NCBI RefSeq assembly: GCF_009914755.1
Contig: NC_060928.1
DNA length: 64,000 nucleotides
From: the human T2T-CHM13v2.0 reference genome, Homo sapiens
Direction: 5' to 3' (one strand)
This document shows positions 52,173-64,000 of the stretch, in pieces (position 1 is the first letter of the stretch; every line of letters starts with the position of its first letter). The notes beneath the pieces are model-generated. The model was not told the origin of the DNA and ran no database searches. It saw only the letters and a program-made list of their open reading frames with translations. Both the position numbers and the translations under genes were made by a program.

Positions 52173-53079
52173 TGTTGGCCAAAAAAGCGAAACTGTAAAA
52201 TATTGGAAGAGATGTATTCTGAGCCAAATGTGAGGACTGTAACCTGTGACACAGCCTCAGGGGGTCCTGAGAACATGTGCCCAACGTGATTGGGTTGAAG
52301 TTTGGTTTTATATGTTTTAGGGCACAGAAGATATTAATCAATACATGTGAAATATACATCGGTTTGGTCCAGAAAGGCAGAACAAACTCAAAGTGGGGGC
52401 TTACAAGTCTTAGGTGTCTTCAAAGATTTTTTGATAGGCCGTTGGTTGAAAGAGTTACATTATTATCAAAAGACCTGGAATTAATATTCAGGAATGTCTA
52501 GATTAAGATAAGGGATTATGGAGACCAAGGTTGTTGTTATCTAGATGAAGTCTCATAGGTAGCTTCCCTTAGAGGCAATAGATGGCAGATGTTTCCTACT
52601 CAGACCATTAAAAGGTGCTACACTCTTAGCTAGTCTCTTTCAGGATCAGAAAAGGACCCGGAAAGAGAAGAAAATTATCTACAGAATGTAAATTTCCCTC
52701 ACAATAGACAGCTTTGCAGCACCATTTCAGAATACGACAAAGAAATATATTTTGGGGTAAAATACTTTCAAGGCCTGCTATCTGTCATGTGATGCTATAT
52801 TAGAGTCAGATTGGAATTTGGCATCTTATTGCTACAAAGAGTCTGTTTTGTCAGTCTTAAGATCTCTGTTTTAACGTTAATGCTGGTCAGTTTTGCCTGA
52901 GTTCCAAAGGGAGAAAGATACAATGAGTTCCAAAGGGAGAAAGGTACAATGAGTCATGGCTGACCCTCCTTTCCATAATGGCCTGAATTAATTTTTCAGG
53001 TTTCTTTGGAATCTTCTTGACTGAGAGGAGGGATCTTTTTAGTGGGTTGAGGGATTTAGAATTTTGTTTTTGGTTTACA
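52173..53079 (-). mobile_element. MER4-family (ERV1) solo LTR
   Basis: TG...CA termini; TCCTGAGAACATGTGCCCAA and TTTTTGGTTTACA MER4 motifs; near-TSD GCTC/GCCC. Confidence 0.85.
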
Positions 53080-53951
53080 GCCCAATGATTTCTGAAGATA
53101 CAGGAACCCACTTTCCACCTTCTGTGTTGCCTGCTGTTTTCTCACCCAGCTCTATCCTCTCCTTTACCTCCACTCTCAGCCCCTGGTCCCATAGATTAAA
53201 GCTCATTTGAGAACAGAAACTGGTCGAAGAAATTTGGCAAATTACTAAAGATTTTATGTTGGAATTTGCCTTATCACCAAGTTTTACCATATTTACGGCA
53301 TGACAAATATTATGGTCTTTGCAACAATGTAAACTTCTGTTGATTAATTTTAGATGTCCACTTAGAAATATTTAAAAATATTTGAGGGAATTTTCAAAAA
53401 GTTTGTAGCAGATACTCAGGGAAAACAAAAAAAAAAATTGAGAAGCTTCACCCTAGAAGTTTTTGTGCATATGCAATAGGGCCCATATACAAGAATAAAA
53501 ATGCTGAAAACATTCGAATGTCACTTTACATTAGAGTTGAGAAAAAAGTTTGCTGCATTCAAACAGTGAAATACTGTACAGCAATGGAATTCAAGAAATT
53601 AGAGTTATATTTATCCTTATGGTTCTCAAAGTTGAGTTTGAAGAGCAAGTTATAAAAGAATATATTCAATATGATTTATTTTATCCAAAGTTCAAAAACT
53701 GGCAAAACTAAACATTATATTGTTTGGGAATAACCATGGCAAAATCCTCAGGACAGATAGAGAATGATTAACATAAAATTTATGATAGTAGTTTTTTTTT
53801 TTTAATGAGAGAGTTTAAGACGGTGATGTAATCCATTAGACATACACAGAGGGCTTCACCTGTGCTGACAATGTTCTATTTGTTAAACTGCACGGTGAAT
53901 ACTGGGCTTTTTATATTGTTTTTATTTTTAAATTATAAGTATGCATTCTAT

Positions 53952-56459
53952 TGTTACAGTAGGTAGCTAGTCAGACGTGAGCAGGGCAGGAGAGGGCTCC
54001 CCACCACCAGGAATGTCAGGCGGAGTGTGAATCTTTTGTTTTGGAGAGAGGGGATGCCATTTGCCCTGATCACTTAACAGCCTTAGCTCCTGTCCTCCTT
54101 ATTCCGCTCTCAGTTATAAAAGACTGAAGAGGCTAACCTGAGGACCTCCTGCACAGGGACACTGGGTTCCAAGGCTGATTTTTGTAATTTCCTCACAGTT
54201 CATTTTAAAGCCAAACAGTATTACAAAGGAAAACTAGTTTTTTGTTTTAAGGTTTAGGGGAATCAAACTTTTCTCAATTTTGGGGGATGCATCCATGGGG
54301 CATGTCCTGTGGTATGGAGACATGATTACCCATCTGTGAAGAGAGAATAAAGGAGAAAAAAAGAAAAAAGAAGGTGTTCCCTCTACTTTCCTGTTGTCCT
54401 GAATGAGGCGTCCCCCATCGTCCTCTGGGTCCTGGAATGAACCAGTCTTATGGTGTACCCTTGGTCCCATCTTGTCACGATTGCCCACTTGAAAGTAGAG
54501 GAGATATGCAGTGAACAGTGGGCCCCCTCTTCATCCTTGGGGTTCTGAAGTAACCAGTCGCGTCATGTGCCCCCTAACCTTTCATCTCTGTTCTAATGGT
54601 AATCTATTAGCCTGGGACCACCCTTCAATTCTGTCCTATGGATTCCTTGCACCCAAGGCCTTGGGCCAGCCTATATCCTTGTCTCCATGACCTAATAGTG
54701 TCGTTCAGAGCATTCCAGCAAAAAAAAAAAAAAAAAAAGATTATCTCTTTTTACAGATTCCTATTTCCCATGGTCTTTTAAGTGACAAGAAGCCTGTTTT
54801 TTAGATAACTGCCACATGGGGCTGAACTTCCCTCTCCACTACCTTCAAATATAATCTTGAAGGTCTTGATGCATATTGAGAATGGTGTGGAAGTAATTGG
54901 AGAAGTGGAGGCTGTAGGAGGAAGTGGAAGGAAGTGAGAGGACTACTCATGCTCACAAAAATAGCAGCCCTTGGATTCAAGAGGGCTTTATGTGCCCTCT
55001 CGACATAAAGGAGGAACCTCTGGAGGACTTGGGACTTGGGGTGAGAACTCACAAATGGCAAATGAAGAATTTCTTTCCGCCCAAAGGGGTGCTAACTCAA
55101 AAAAAGCAAGTAGGTGGAATCCTTAAAGGGCCAGAGTGAGACCCTATGCGGGCGAAGAAACTGCTTCAAATGCCACTGGAAAACTCGGCCCTGCGGCATA
55201 ACAGGAATGAAAAACATATGGTAAGTCATAAAGATCTGGCAGAGCTGGAATTCCAATTAGTGTCTGTCCCGGCAATGTGCCAGCAGACAGGGGAAGGGTT
55301 GAAGGTCATCTGAGACTTAGGGTAAAAAGAAGTACAAATCTCCCCAGAGATTTATACTTGTTACAAGGGAGCCTGTGTCTTTGCTCCCACACAAATGCAG
55401 CAAAAGCCGCAGGTGTACGAATAACAGGGAGTGTGTGTTTAAGAAGTTATGTGGCATGCTAAGTGAAAATAATGAAGAGGCAGGGTGCTTAAGGCCATTT
55501 CAGAACACACACAGAGAAAACAGGAGAATGGGCAGTGCAGGTTTTTGTGAAAGAGTCAACTGTAGTTGAAAAAGCAGAGGAAACCCCAGACATTGCATGG
55601 TTTTAGGCTTTAGCCCTACTGCTCTTGCAAGCCTCCTGTCCAGGAGGGCCATTAGTGCCTCAGTTATACTCAGTGCAGACCCTAAGGTCCTTCCTGCCCC
55701 GATGAGCCACCCATCAGGGTGAGCTGAGAAATCAACTGAGGGGAGCAGAGTCACTTATGGCCAAGAGAAATTGCTCTGGTGGTTGGTTAGTAAGCAGGAG
55801 AGAGAAAGGGGAGAAGAAAACTGCATACAGGGATTGAATGCCTCCAGCCAAAGAAGGCGAGGCATAGAGGTGTCTTAACACTAGGGGATGTATCAGAGTC
55901 ACATAGCACCAAAGTATGTTATTGGTGGTGGATCCATATGGATCTGTGGCAACCTCAATTCTTGCCTCCTCAGAAGAAAGAATTAGACTGAGGGGCATAA
56001 GGCAGAAGGAGACACTGAGACAAATTTTAAGAGAAGTGAAAGCTTATTAAAAAGCTTTAGAGCACTTTATGCATGGTTACCTGCTAGTACTTGGGAGGGG
56101 AGCATGCAGTGTGTTTACTGTAGTTGTACGCATGCTCGCTTGAGGTGTTCTTCCCTTACTGGTGGAATGTTCCTGGAAGGTCATATATCAGTTAAACTCC
56201 ACCATTTTGCCTCTTAGTTTGCATGCTCGAGCCCACTCACTCAACTCCTGAGATTGTACTGGGAAGCTGCTGATCACCAGTTTTAGGTTTTTTCTATCTA
56301 TAGGGAGATTGCCTTTCCGTGGCGCTGGCTGTGACCAATTATTATTTTCGAGAGACAGTTGACAGCTGCCTGACCATCTTCTAATGGTTGCCTGACATTC
56401 CTGGTAGTGGGGAGCCCTCGCCTGCCTTGCTCATGTCTGACTAGTTACCTACGGTAACA
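53952..56459 (-). mobile_element. MER50/MER83-like ERV1 relic: LTR 55917-56459, internal leader 54024-55916, inverted 70-bp LTR start at 53952-54021
   Basis: LTR with TG..CA ends; PBS-like TGGTGCTATGTGACTCTGAT (His-type) right after it on the minus strand. Confidence 0.8.
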
Positions 56460-56994
56460 ATACCAATACATGTATCTATATAGATATATGCTATTCTTTA
56501 ATATGACTATTTTATGACTGTTTTCAGAAGAAAAGGGGATGGAAACCCAGAGTGTCTCAATGCAGGATGAAATACTAGTGTTAAGGGATAAAATAAAAAG
56601 TGAGATAAGTGAAAGGCAGCTGAAAGCTCAACACAAGGACCCTGCCCATTGTGGTTCTGTGCTTTCTTGATGGGTGTTCTCTTCCTCTCCTCAAGAGTCC
56701 CCAAATCGTATGGAAGCAGAAGCCATGATGGTAGCAATATTCTTGCTCTGCATGGTCTTTCTGTTTTGATACCAGATTCTTTATGGCAGCTGGGGCTCAG
56801 AAGCAAATCATGGTTAGGGAAACAGTCTGGCAGGGAGAAGGCAGGTTGTCAGCCTACAATCTCAGTGAAAAACTAATGTGCTTATCAGGAGCCAAACTGG
56901 AAATGGAGGCAGATGCAATGGTGATTAGGTGTCTAGAGGTCTTGTAGGGACAAAAGGCTCACCCCAGACTTGTTGAATTGCATGACTATGATAG

Positions 56995-57475
56995 TGTTGA
57001 AGAAAAAGTGAGTCAGTGATTCTTGTTAAAGCGTGGTGATAAGAGTTTACTCAAGACCATCACGAGAGGTATAGAGACTGCGGTAATGGGATTTTTGCAT
57101 TAAAGGAGAGAGATTGGGCTCAATGCTGAATATAGACAGCATGGGTAGATGGGAACGTATAGCCAGGGAGCAGTGTAGGGGTCAGTGGATGGAAAATGTC
57201 TAAAAGGAAACAGCAGGAGCAAGTGGGATTCTGTCTAAACTGACCTAATAGGATTCTTGCTGAAGACAGGCCAGGGTGATCAGATATCACCTGGGGATGG
57301 TGGAGGATGAAGAGCCTAACCACCTATCGATCAGTCATTGATGTCAGGAACTTCCTGACAGATTGACTCAGGAAAGTTACTTGTCAAAATTGGATTTTAC
57401 AGGGAGGTACACAGATGGGCCTAGGAAGTTTTCAGGAGCATAACTAAAGTTTAGGCAAGCAAAAAATCTTTGTCA
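56995..57475 (-). mobile_element. MER31-like ERV1 solo LTR
   Basis: Reverse-complement homolog of 63475-63968 (GGATTCTTGCTGAAGA, GGTGATCAGA, CTAAAGTTT..CTTTGTCA). Confidence 0.8.
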
Positions 57476-58017
57476 ATAATAAAAGCAATTCCAGATGCCC
57501 ACCAGCTTGTGAGCCTGGGCGTCCCAACAGACAGTCTGTCTTGCTTAGAACTTGTTTAGGACCTTGTCTGTCAGCATGCACCCTGGGCTTTTGAATCAGA
57601 CCGACCCCCTCAGTCACTGCATCTCCCCAGTCTTATCCATGCCATGAACCCATCTTTTTTTTTGTTTCCAGAATTCCTTTTGTTCTTGTCCCTTGCTCAT
57701 GTTTAATGGATATGTGGGCTTAGAACCTTTGCATTTTCTACTGTTTCTGCTCCTTGAACTCCACATCTGATGTCTGAGTAAGACACCCTAGTTTAAGCTT
57801 GGCCCTGCCTAAAGATGAGATTTAGGTAATGTCTCACTCCAGTTCTTCTTCTGCCTGGGAGTTCCACCTGGGAAAGGCTGGCATCAACCTACTGCAGTGC
57901 CTAAAGGGTCACTTCATGCTGGCTTTGAAGGTCACTGAGAAAGTCAAAGATTGGCGACACACCCACACAGTGTAACGTTCTTCTTACAATGCCTGAAGTA
58001 ACTGCTGTGAGGATAGT

Positions 58018-58363
58018 TGCTATGGACTGAATGTTTGTGTCCACCTAAAGTTTATGTGTTGAAACCTAATCCCCAACGTGATGGCATTTGGAGATGAGGC
58101 CTTTGGAAGGTGATTAGGCCACAAGTGCAGAGCATCCTTATAACAGAGGCCCCAGAGAGCTGCCTTGCCCCATTTGCCATGTGAAGACACAGCGAAGAGA
58201 TGGCATCTAAGAACAAGGAAACGGGCACTCACGAGACACTGAATCTGCTGGTACCTTGATCTTAGACTTACTGGTCTCCAGAACTGACAGAAATAAATTT
58301 ATGTTGTTTATAAGCCATTCAGTTTATGGGACTTTTTTATAGCAGCCCAAACAGACTAAGACA
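58018..58363 (+). mobile_element. MST/MLT1A MaLR solo LTR
   Basis: TGCTATGGACTGAATGTTTGTGTCC ... AATAAAT ... CAGACTAAGACA. Confidence 0.9.
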
Positions 58364-58684
58364 ACAATTGAAGGCTTTGCAGGAGCCTCAGCAAAGAACA
58401 TTGACTTGAGTCATACTCAGAAAAAAGAAGAACCAGGGCTACAATATTTTTTCCAGTATCTTTCTGAGTGATTTTCATGGAGCCTAAGTCCTTTTAATAC
58501 ACCATGCGAGTAGAGCACTAAACACAGGCTTTCTAATCCTCCACTTAGAAAGTCATAATGCAGAGTTATTTGTAAAGGTTCTGAGAAGTCCTTTAATAAA
58601 TATTGTTTAATTCTGTGTTTGCCTAACATAAAAGATGGTGGAATTTCTCTTTTCTCTCCCTCCCGACTTGTCCCTCTCTGCACT

Positions 58685-58775
58685 ACCTACCTTCCTACCT
58701 TCCTTCCTTCCTTCCTTCCTTCCTTCCTTCCTTCCTTCCTTCCTTCCTTCTCCTTCCCTCCCTCCCTCCCTGCCT
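58685..58775. repeat. (CCTT)n/(CCCT)n polypyrimidine microsatellite
   Basis: Direct read. Confidence 0.95.
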
Positions 58776-61700
58776 CTTAAGATCTCAAAGGACTAGACTT
58801 GTTTAGAATATACTTTGCATAATGTGACTTTAGTGACATGACTCAGCCCACAATAGAAAATGAGAGGTGGGTCTCACAGCCGTTGTGCACTGACCAGCCA
58901 GCTGACCTTCACCTCTTGGTGCCCTTAAGGGGACACAAATCAACAAGCTCTATGACATCACTGAAAAGAGCATGTTGGAAGGCCACCCTGCCAGATGTTC
59001 CACATTATTAGTTGAGTTGAATGAACTCATTATGCCTAATGAGAATGAATTTGTGTCATTTTATTGACATAAATTTACCAGTAAAATGTAGATCTAAGTA
59101 ACAGAATGGTCCCTTTGCACATAGTTTTAGAAGCTTTCAACATGTTTCCATAATAAATTACTTAATTGGCACCTTCTGTCATTCTGGTGACATTTTGCGT
59201 ACTGAACATGTAACTAGTTTTGATTGTTGATGCTTTATCATTGAATCATAAGGTAGACATTCCAAAACACTGTACCATGTTTAAGTCATTTTTATATGAT
59301 CTTAGAGCATATTCATTCTTTCTACAAACATTAGGAGCATACTGTGTTAATTCAGAGAAACAGAGAATGGAACAAAACCAATTTCACTTCCCTAACAGAA
59401 ATTTTAACAAGTGTGAGCCTCCTGCATGCAAAGTAGTACACTCGGCCTTCTTCCATTCTTTGGGCATCTATTCAGTAGGTATTATTATCTCCATTTTGCA
59501 AATGCAGAATCTGAGACTTAGAGACATTAAACTTTTCCAGGGTCATTCATGCTGTGAAATTAAATTTGAGAGAAAAATACAAGATACTTGACACAGGCTG
59601 CACGCTTAAGCAAGGAAATTGTATACTTCTTTAATCTGCAAACTTAAAAAATAATGGCAATGCCCAAATGGTGACTTTAAGCAAGAGCTACCAAACCTCC
59701 CTGCCAGCCAATTTATGAATCATTGACAGTTTTCTTTCTCAGTGGTGCTGTGATTTAAGAATTTTGTTATTCTGGCCAAATTCTCTTCATAGCCTAATTT
59801 GATCTTCTTTGGGCAGTCAAGTCGAGAGCAGAGGTTTTCTATCTTTTGAAAAAATAGGACTTGAACCTTGTCTTCAAATGAAGCAATGCACAGATGTCTA
59901 AGAGAGAAGTAGCTCTAGGAGGGTCCTTGGCTCCCCTTTTCTTCAGCCTCTCCTTGCCTTTGGCAGTGGTAGCTCCAGGGTGTCTTCACAGAAGGAGATT
60001 AGGGCCATTTATCTGGTTGTAAAGGGGCCAGGGGCCTGATCTTAAACTCTAATTAATTGCCAAAGTTTTATTAGATATAAATTATTTAGGCTTTTATTAG
60101 ATACAGCTTATTCTTATTATAGGTTATATTACACGTAATTCATATTATACTATAGATTATAGATTATTGTTACTATAGGCTTTCATTAGATATAGGGTAT
60201 TGTATAGGTTTTATTCAGTATAGGTCAGATACAGGTTTTTGTTAGATGATAGGTTATTTGGGGATCCTTGTGTCTGGGGTAACTGATGTAGAACTTAAGT
60301 GGATTAGGGCTCCCTCTACCAAGGCACTCACTTATTTGCCACTTTTGTCCCGGAGTCCCTCTGCAGAATCAGAGGTAGAGCGCAGCTGTCTGCATTTGGA
60401 GCACAAGCATCCTGTGACCTCCGCAAGCCTCTTCTCCCCACAGACAGTTTCTGCAGGCACACGAGGATGCAGCATCTTGCCCCAGGATTTCCTGAAGACT
60501 AATGAAATCAAGTCTACAAAGCCTTCTCTGCTCCTTGGGGAACGGGGGGATGAGGGGAAGAGAAGAGAAAAGATATCATTAAATTGAATTATCAGGCCTG
60601 GCCACACTGGGGCAATCCAGCCTGTTGCATTTGAGGCTTCGGTTCACTTATTTACAAAAGGGCCCAGAGCCTCCCCCTTCTTTCTCTAAATCCGGAAAGA
60701 GTTTGGAAGTGGCTGACAGCTGTGTCTTCCTTCTGGCAGCCCTTATATTTTCTCTTTACACGAAACTCAAAAGAAATCCTCTGTCAGAAGGAAAAAGTGG
60801 AGGCAGAGGAGGTGGGATAATGTGACCAACAGCTAAGCTCCCATCCTTGACACAGGCTTAGGCGGTGATCCGGGCTGAGACAAGGATTGGTGAGTTACCT
60901 TAGAGAAGCCTCTTCTAAATGCTCAGACTCACTGCCAACTGGAAGGATTTGACTTTGAATACTTCTGGAATCCTCCCCTCCTTGTTCTTGATTAACCATT
61001 GAGATGACAGTGTAGATTTGAGGGAGAGGTGGCTCTGATTCTGCTTAAACCAGAGACAACTGAAAGTGATATTGGTGTTCTCAAATATCAATCAGTTAAT
61101 CGATTCGTTCATTGAGTCACTGATTCATTCATTCATGTGTCAGGCACTGTTCCAAGCAGTCGAGATGCAGAGACAAAATAGCAAAATCAGGACAGTGGAT
61201 TCTTACTTGGGATTTAGTGGTCTGTGGATCCTCTGATAGGGTAAGTGAAATCCAAGTATGTGCTTTTCCAGAGAAAAGATGTGTCGCTCTGGTCAGATTC
61301 TCAGAAGTTTAGAAGCTGCTAGTTCTTGGGAAATAAAGTTCTTGCGGTTAAAATATACAATCTATTAATTCAATCAGAGTGCAGTGGGGAGGTAGTGGGA
61401 TGCGCAGGTGAACATCTGAAATTCCAAAGGGGGCCAAAGATGACCAAACCTCACAGCAGCTGGACACAAGCAGCAGCAACAATTTCTCTGGGGTGTTTAT
61501 GATGGCATTTTAAAAAAATGTTTGCCTGATGCCTGAGAATGGAAATGTGAATGCAAATCTTCTGGGAGACAAGAAGAGGACCAACCTATGGAGAGAGAAG
61601 TCTGAATGGAGAGGATATGCCTTAAGGCTCCTGAGGAGTCTGCAAGTATTTTGGGAAGACAATGTAAATATTCTTTTTTCCCCATCATCATCACACCTTC

Positions 61701-61939
61701 TTTAGCAGAGAGATTTATAGTATTCTTTGCAATCATTGTCTTGACTCCCAAGGCTGAAAATGTTACCCAACCTGTGGATGCCGGTGGCACCTAATTTAAT
61801 GTTTAGTAATTATCTACTAATCCATTTCCTGTCTGGAGGACAGAAACTGTGTCTCATTCACCAATAAAAAGCGATCATAGCAATAGATACTGGGTATTTC
61901 CAGTACCCTAAACCCTGCCTGGATGTCTTAGGCCTTTCA

Positions 61940-62462
61940 GGATGGTCCCTACACCCCACCCCTTGGCACCTCCCTTCAGGAGATGGTACGGCATCTTATT
62001 TCTTCACTCCTTGAATATGGGCTGGCTTTGTGACTTGTTTTGACCAATAGAATGTGGCAGAAGTGACAGGGTGCATATTTTAGAGCTTAAGTCTCAAGAG
62101 GCCTTGCAATTTCTGCCTTTTTCCTCTGGAAAAAGGGAGATACCCTGCCCAGGCTATCCTGCTGTAGAGACCGCCTAGGGAGACAGAGCCTGGAGGGCGA
62201 GAGAGCATGACGGAAGAGATCCACAGCCACACAGAGGCCTTTCTGGTCACTGGAGCCGGGCCACTAGGCACATGTAGATGTGACGTGATCTTGTGTCCCC
62301 TAATTCGGGTTGGTCTGTCCCACCAACACCACGTGGAGCAGACACAAACTGTTCCCACTAAGATTTGCCAAAATTGCAGAATGGTGACCAAACAAAGGTT
62401 ATGGATGCTTCAAGCCTCTAAGTTTTGAAGTCATTTGGCATAGAGCAACAGATAATTGATAT
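61940..62462 (+). mobile_element. Old MLT1 (F/G/H-like) solo LTR
   Basis: TTTGTGACTTGTTTTGACCAATAGAATGTGGCAGAAGTGA; end TAGAGCAACAGATAATTGATA. Confidence 0.75.
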
Positions 62463-63474
62463 GGTGGCAGGTAACTACCACTCAACAAATATGTATAGAT
62501 GAATAAATGAGTGAATCAACCTGGCCTCAGCTCTGAAGAGATACAGATTATCTGCTGAGGATCTCTGGTCTATTACATGTACTTGGTAACCTCTCGTATG
62601 ACCAAGAGGAGCTAATGTAAATACTTGGACCAATTTGCCCTGTGCTGATTGTCTTTATATTAGTGATCCCTGGTGGATATTTAGAAAATTCCTTTCTGCT
62701 TGACAGACAAGACAGCAAACACACAGTTTTAGGGCAGTGAAGTAAGTGCTATGGACAAAAGAGTGTGCATGGCTCCAGGGGATTGTAGTGGAGGAAGCTT
62801 ATGGCTGCCTAGAGTGGTCAAGGAAGTCTTCCAAGGGGAGGAGTTGTGAGTTGAGAGGATTTTCTTCAACATCTGGAGCTGCAGAGGGAGCCTTCCAAGC
62901 AGTAGAATGAAATGTACAAAGACACATCAGCTGGGGAAGTTTTGCAGTGTACATGTACCAGGAGTGGCTTCTGGACTGTTTTTCACTAGACCTTACTGAC
63001 TAGTCTGAGATATCCCATGTATGTGAGGGGTGGTGGATGGGGCAGCTGGATGGAGGTGATGCTGGGGTGGGGGTGGACAGGGACCTGAGCATAAGCATCC
63101 TTGTTGGCCCCTAAGAGTGGAACTTTTCCCTAAAGACTCAGGAAACCCTTGAAGGATTTTAAGAAGTTTGATGTGATCTTATAAGGGCAGCCCTCAGCTT
63201 TTGAGATTTCAAGGGACCAGAGCAGCTTTCCAAGTCTTGGACTTTGATCCCACATGGCTCTGCTTTCTGTTTGCTGCTGGCTGCCATGCAAAAAGGGCAT
63301 TATCTTCAGGCAACAGCATGTCCTCAGTCTATCCTTTTTCCACTATGCTTAGAAATCTTCAGGGGGTAAGTGCTACGATGAGAACAACTGCTAATTCATT
63401 AAATCATTAACTTGTTCTTCAGTCATTGATATGGGTAACAGACTCCTGAAATAGCATTTTCCTTATGAAACTAG

Positions 63475-63968
63475 TGACAAAGATGTGTTTCTTGGCCAAA
63501 CTTTAGTCAGGCTCCTGAACCTTCTCCTAGGCTCATCTATGCACTTTCTAGTAAAATCCATTTTTAGCAAATAACTGCTGAGTCACTTTGGCAAGAATTC
63601 CCCATCCTCGATACCTGATCAGCCTTGATATCTGATCAGATTCCTCACCCTCTACTGTGTCCTCTGTGATGTCTGATCACCCTGTACCATCTTCAGCAAG
63701 AATCCTCTTAGGTCAAAATTGAGCCAGAATCCTTCTTTCCCCTGATGTGTCCTCTTAGTAATTTTTCATCCACTGGCTCCCCTCCCACTTCTCCCCAGGG
63801 CTCCTTGGCTATAGATTCCCACTTGCCCATGCTGTATTTGGAGTTGAGTGCAACCTCTCTGTACTGCAAAATCCCATTGCCATAGTTGCTGTGCCTATTT
63901 GTGATGGTCTTGAATAAAGTCTTCCTCACCATGTTTCACAAGTATCATTGAAAATTTTTTTCTTTAAC
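63475..63968 (+). mobile_element. MER31-like ERV1 solo LTR
   Basis: TGACAAAGA..CCAAACTTTAGTCAGGCTCCTGAACC; AATAAA at about 63913. Confidence 0.82.
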
Positions 63969-64000
63969 GCTAGACAGCCAATGTATAGTGCTTTGAGTCT

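Noticed and set aside
56995-63968. Two MER31-like LTRs as the ends of one provirus
   Set aside because: Opposite orientation, diverged, and no retroviral internal sequence between them; independent solo LTRs

Overview
Primate (very likely human) intergenic, repeat-rich DNA with no intact protein-coding gene. Almost all ORF-track entries are Alu, L1, LTR or chance ORFs. The main feature is a 5'-truncated processed ZEB2 pseudogene (ZEB2P1-like; minus strand, about 35176-37760) with a poly(A) tail and an 11-bp TSD. It sits co-oriented inside an ancient ERVL provirus and keeps six 8mer miR-200-family sites and a CpG-dense patch. Other elements include an HSMAR2 mariner carrying a two-donor templated insertion, a near-full-length dead L1PA, a MaLR provirus, an ERV1 relic with inverted LTR ends, several solo LTRs, Alus and old L1/L2/MIR debris. 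Family names are recognised from memory of consensus sequences, so subfamily calls are approximate. No new system is demonstrated; the findings are hypotheses to test.
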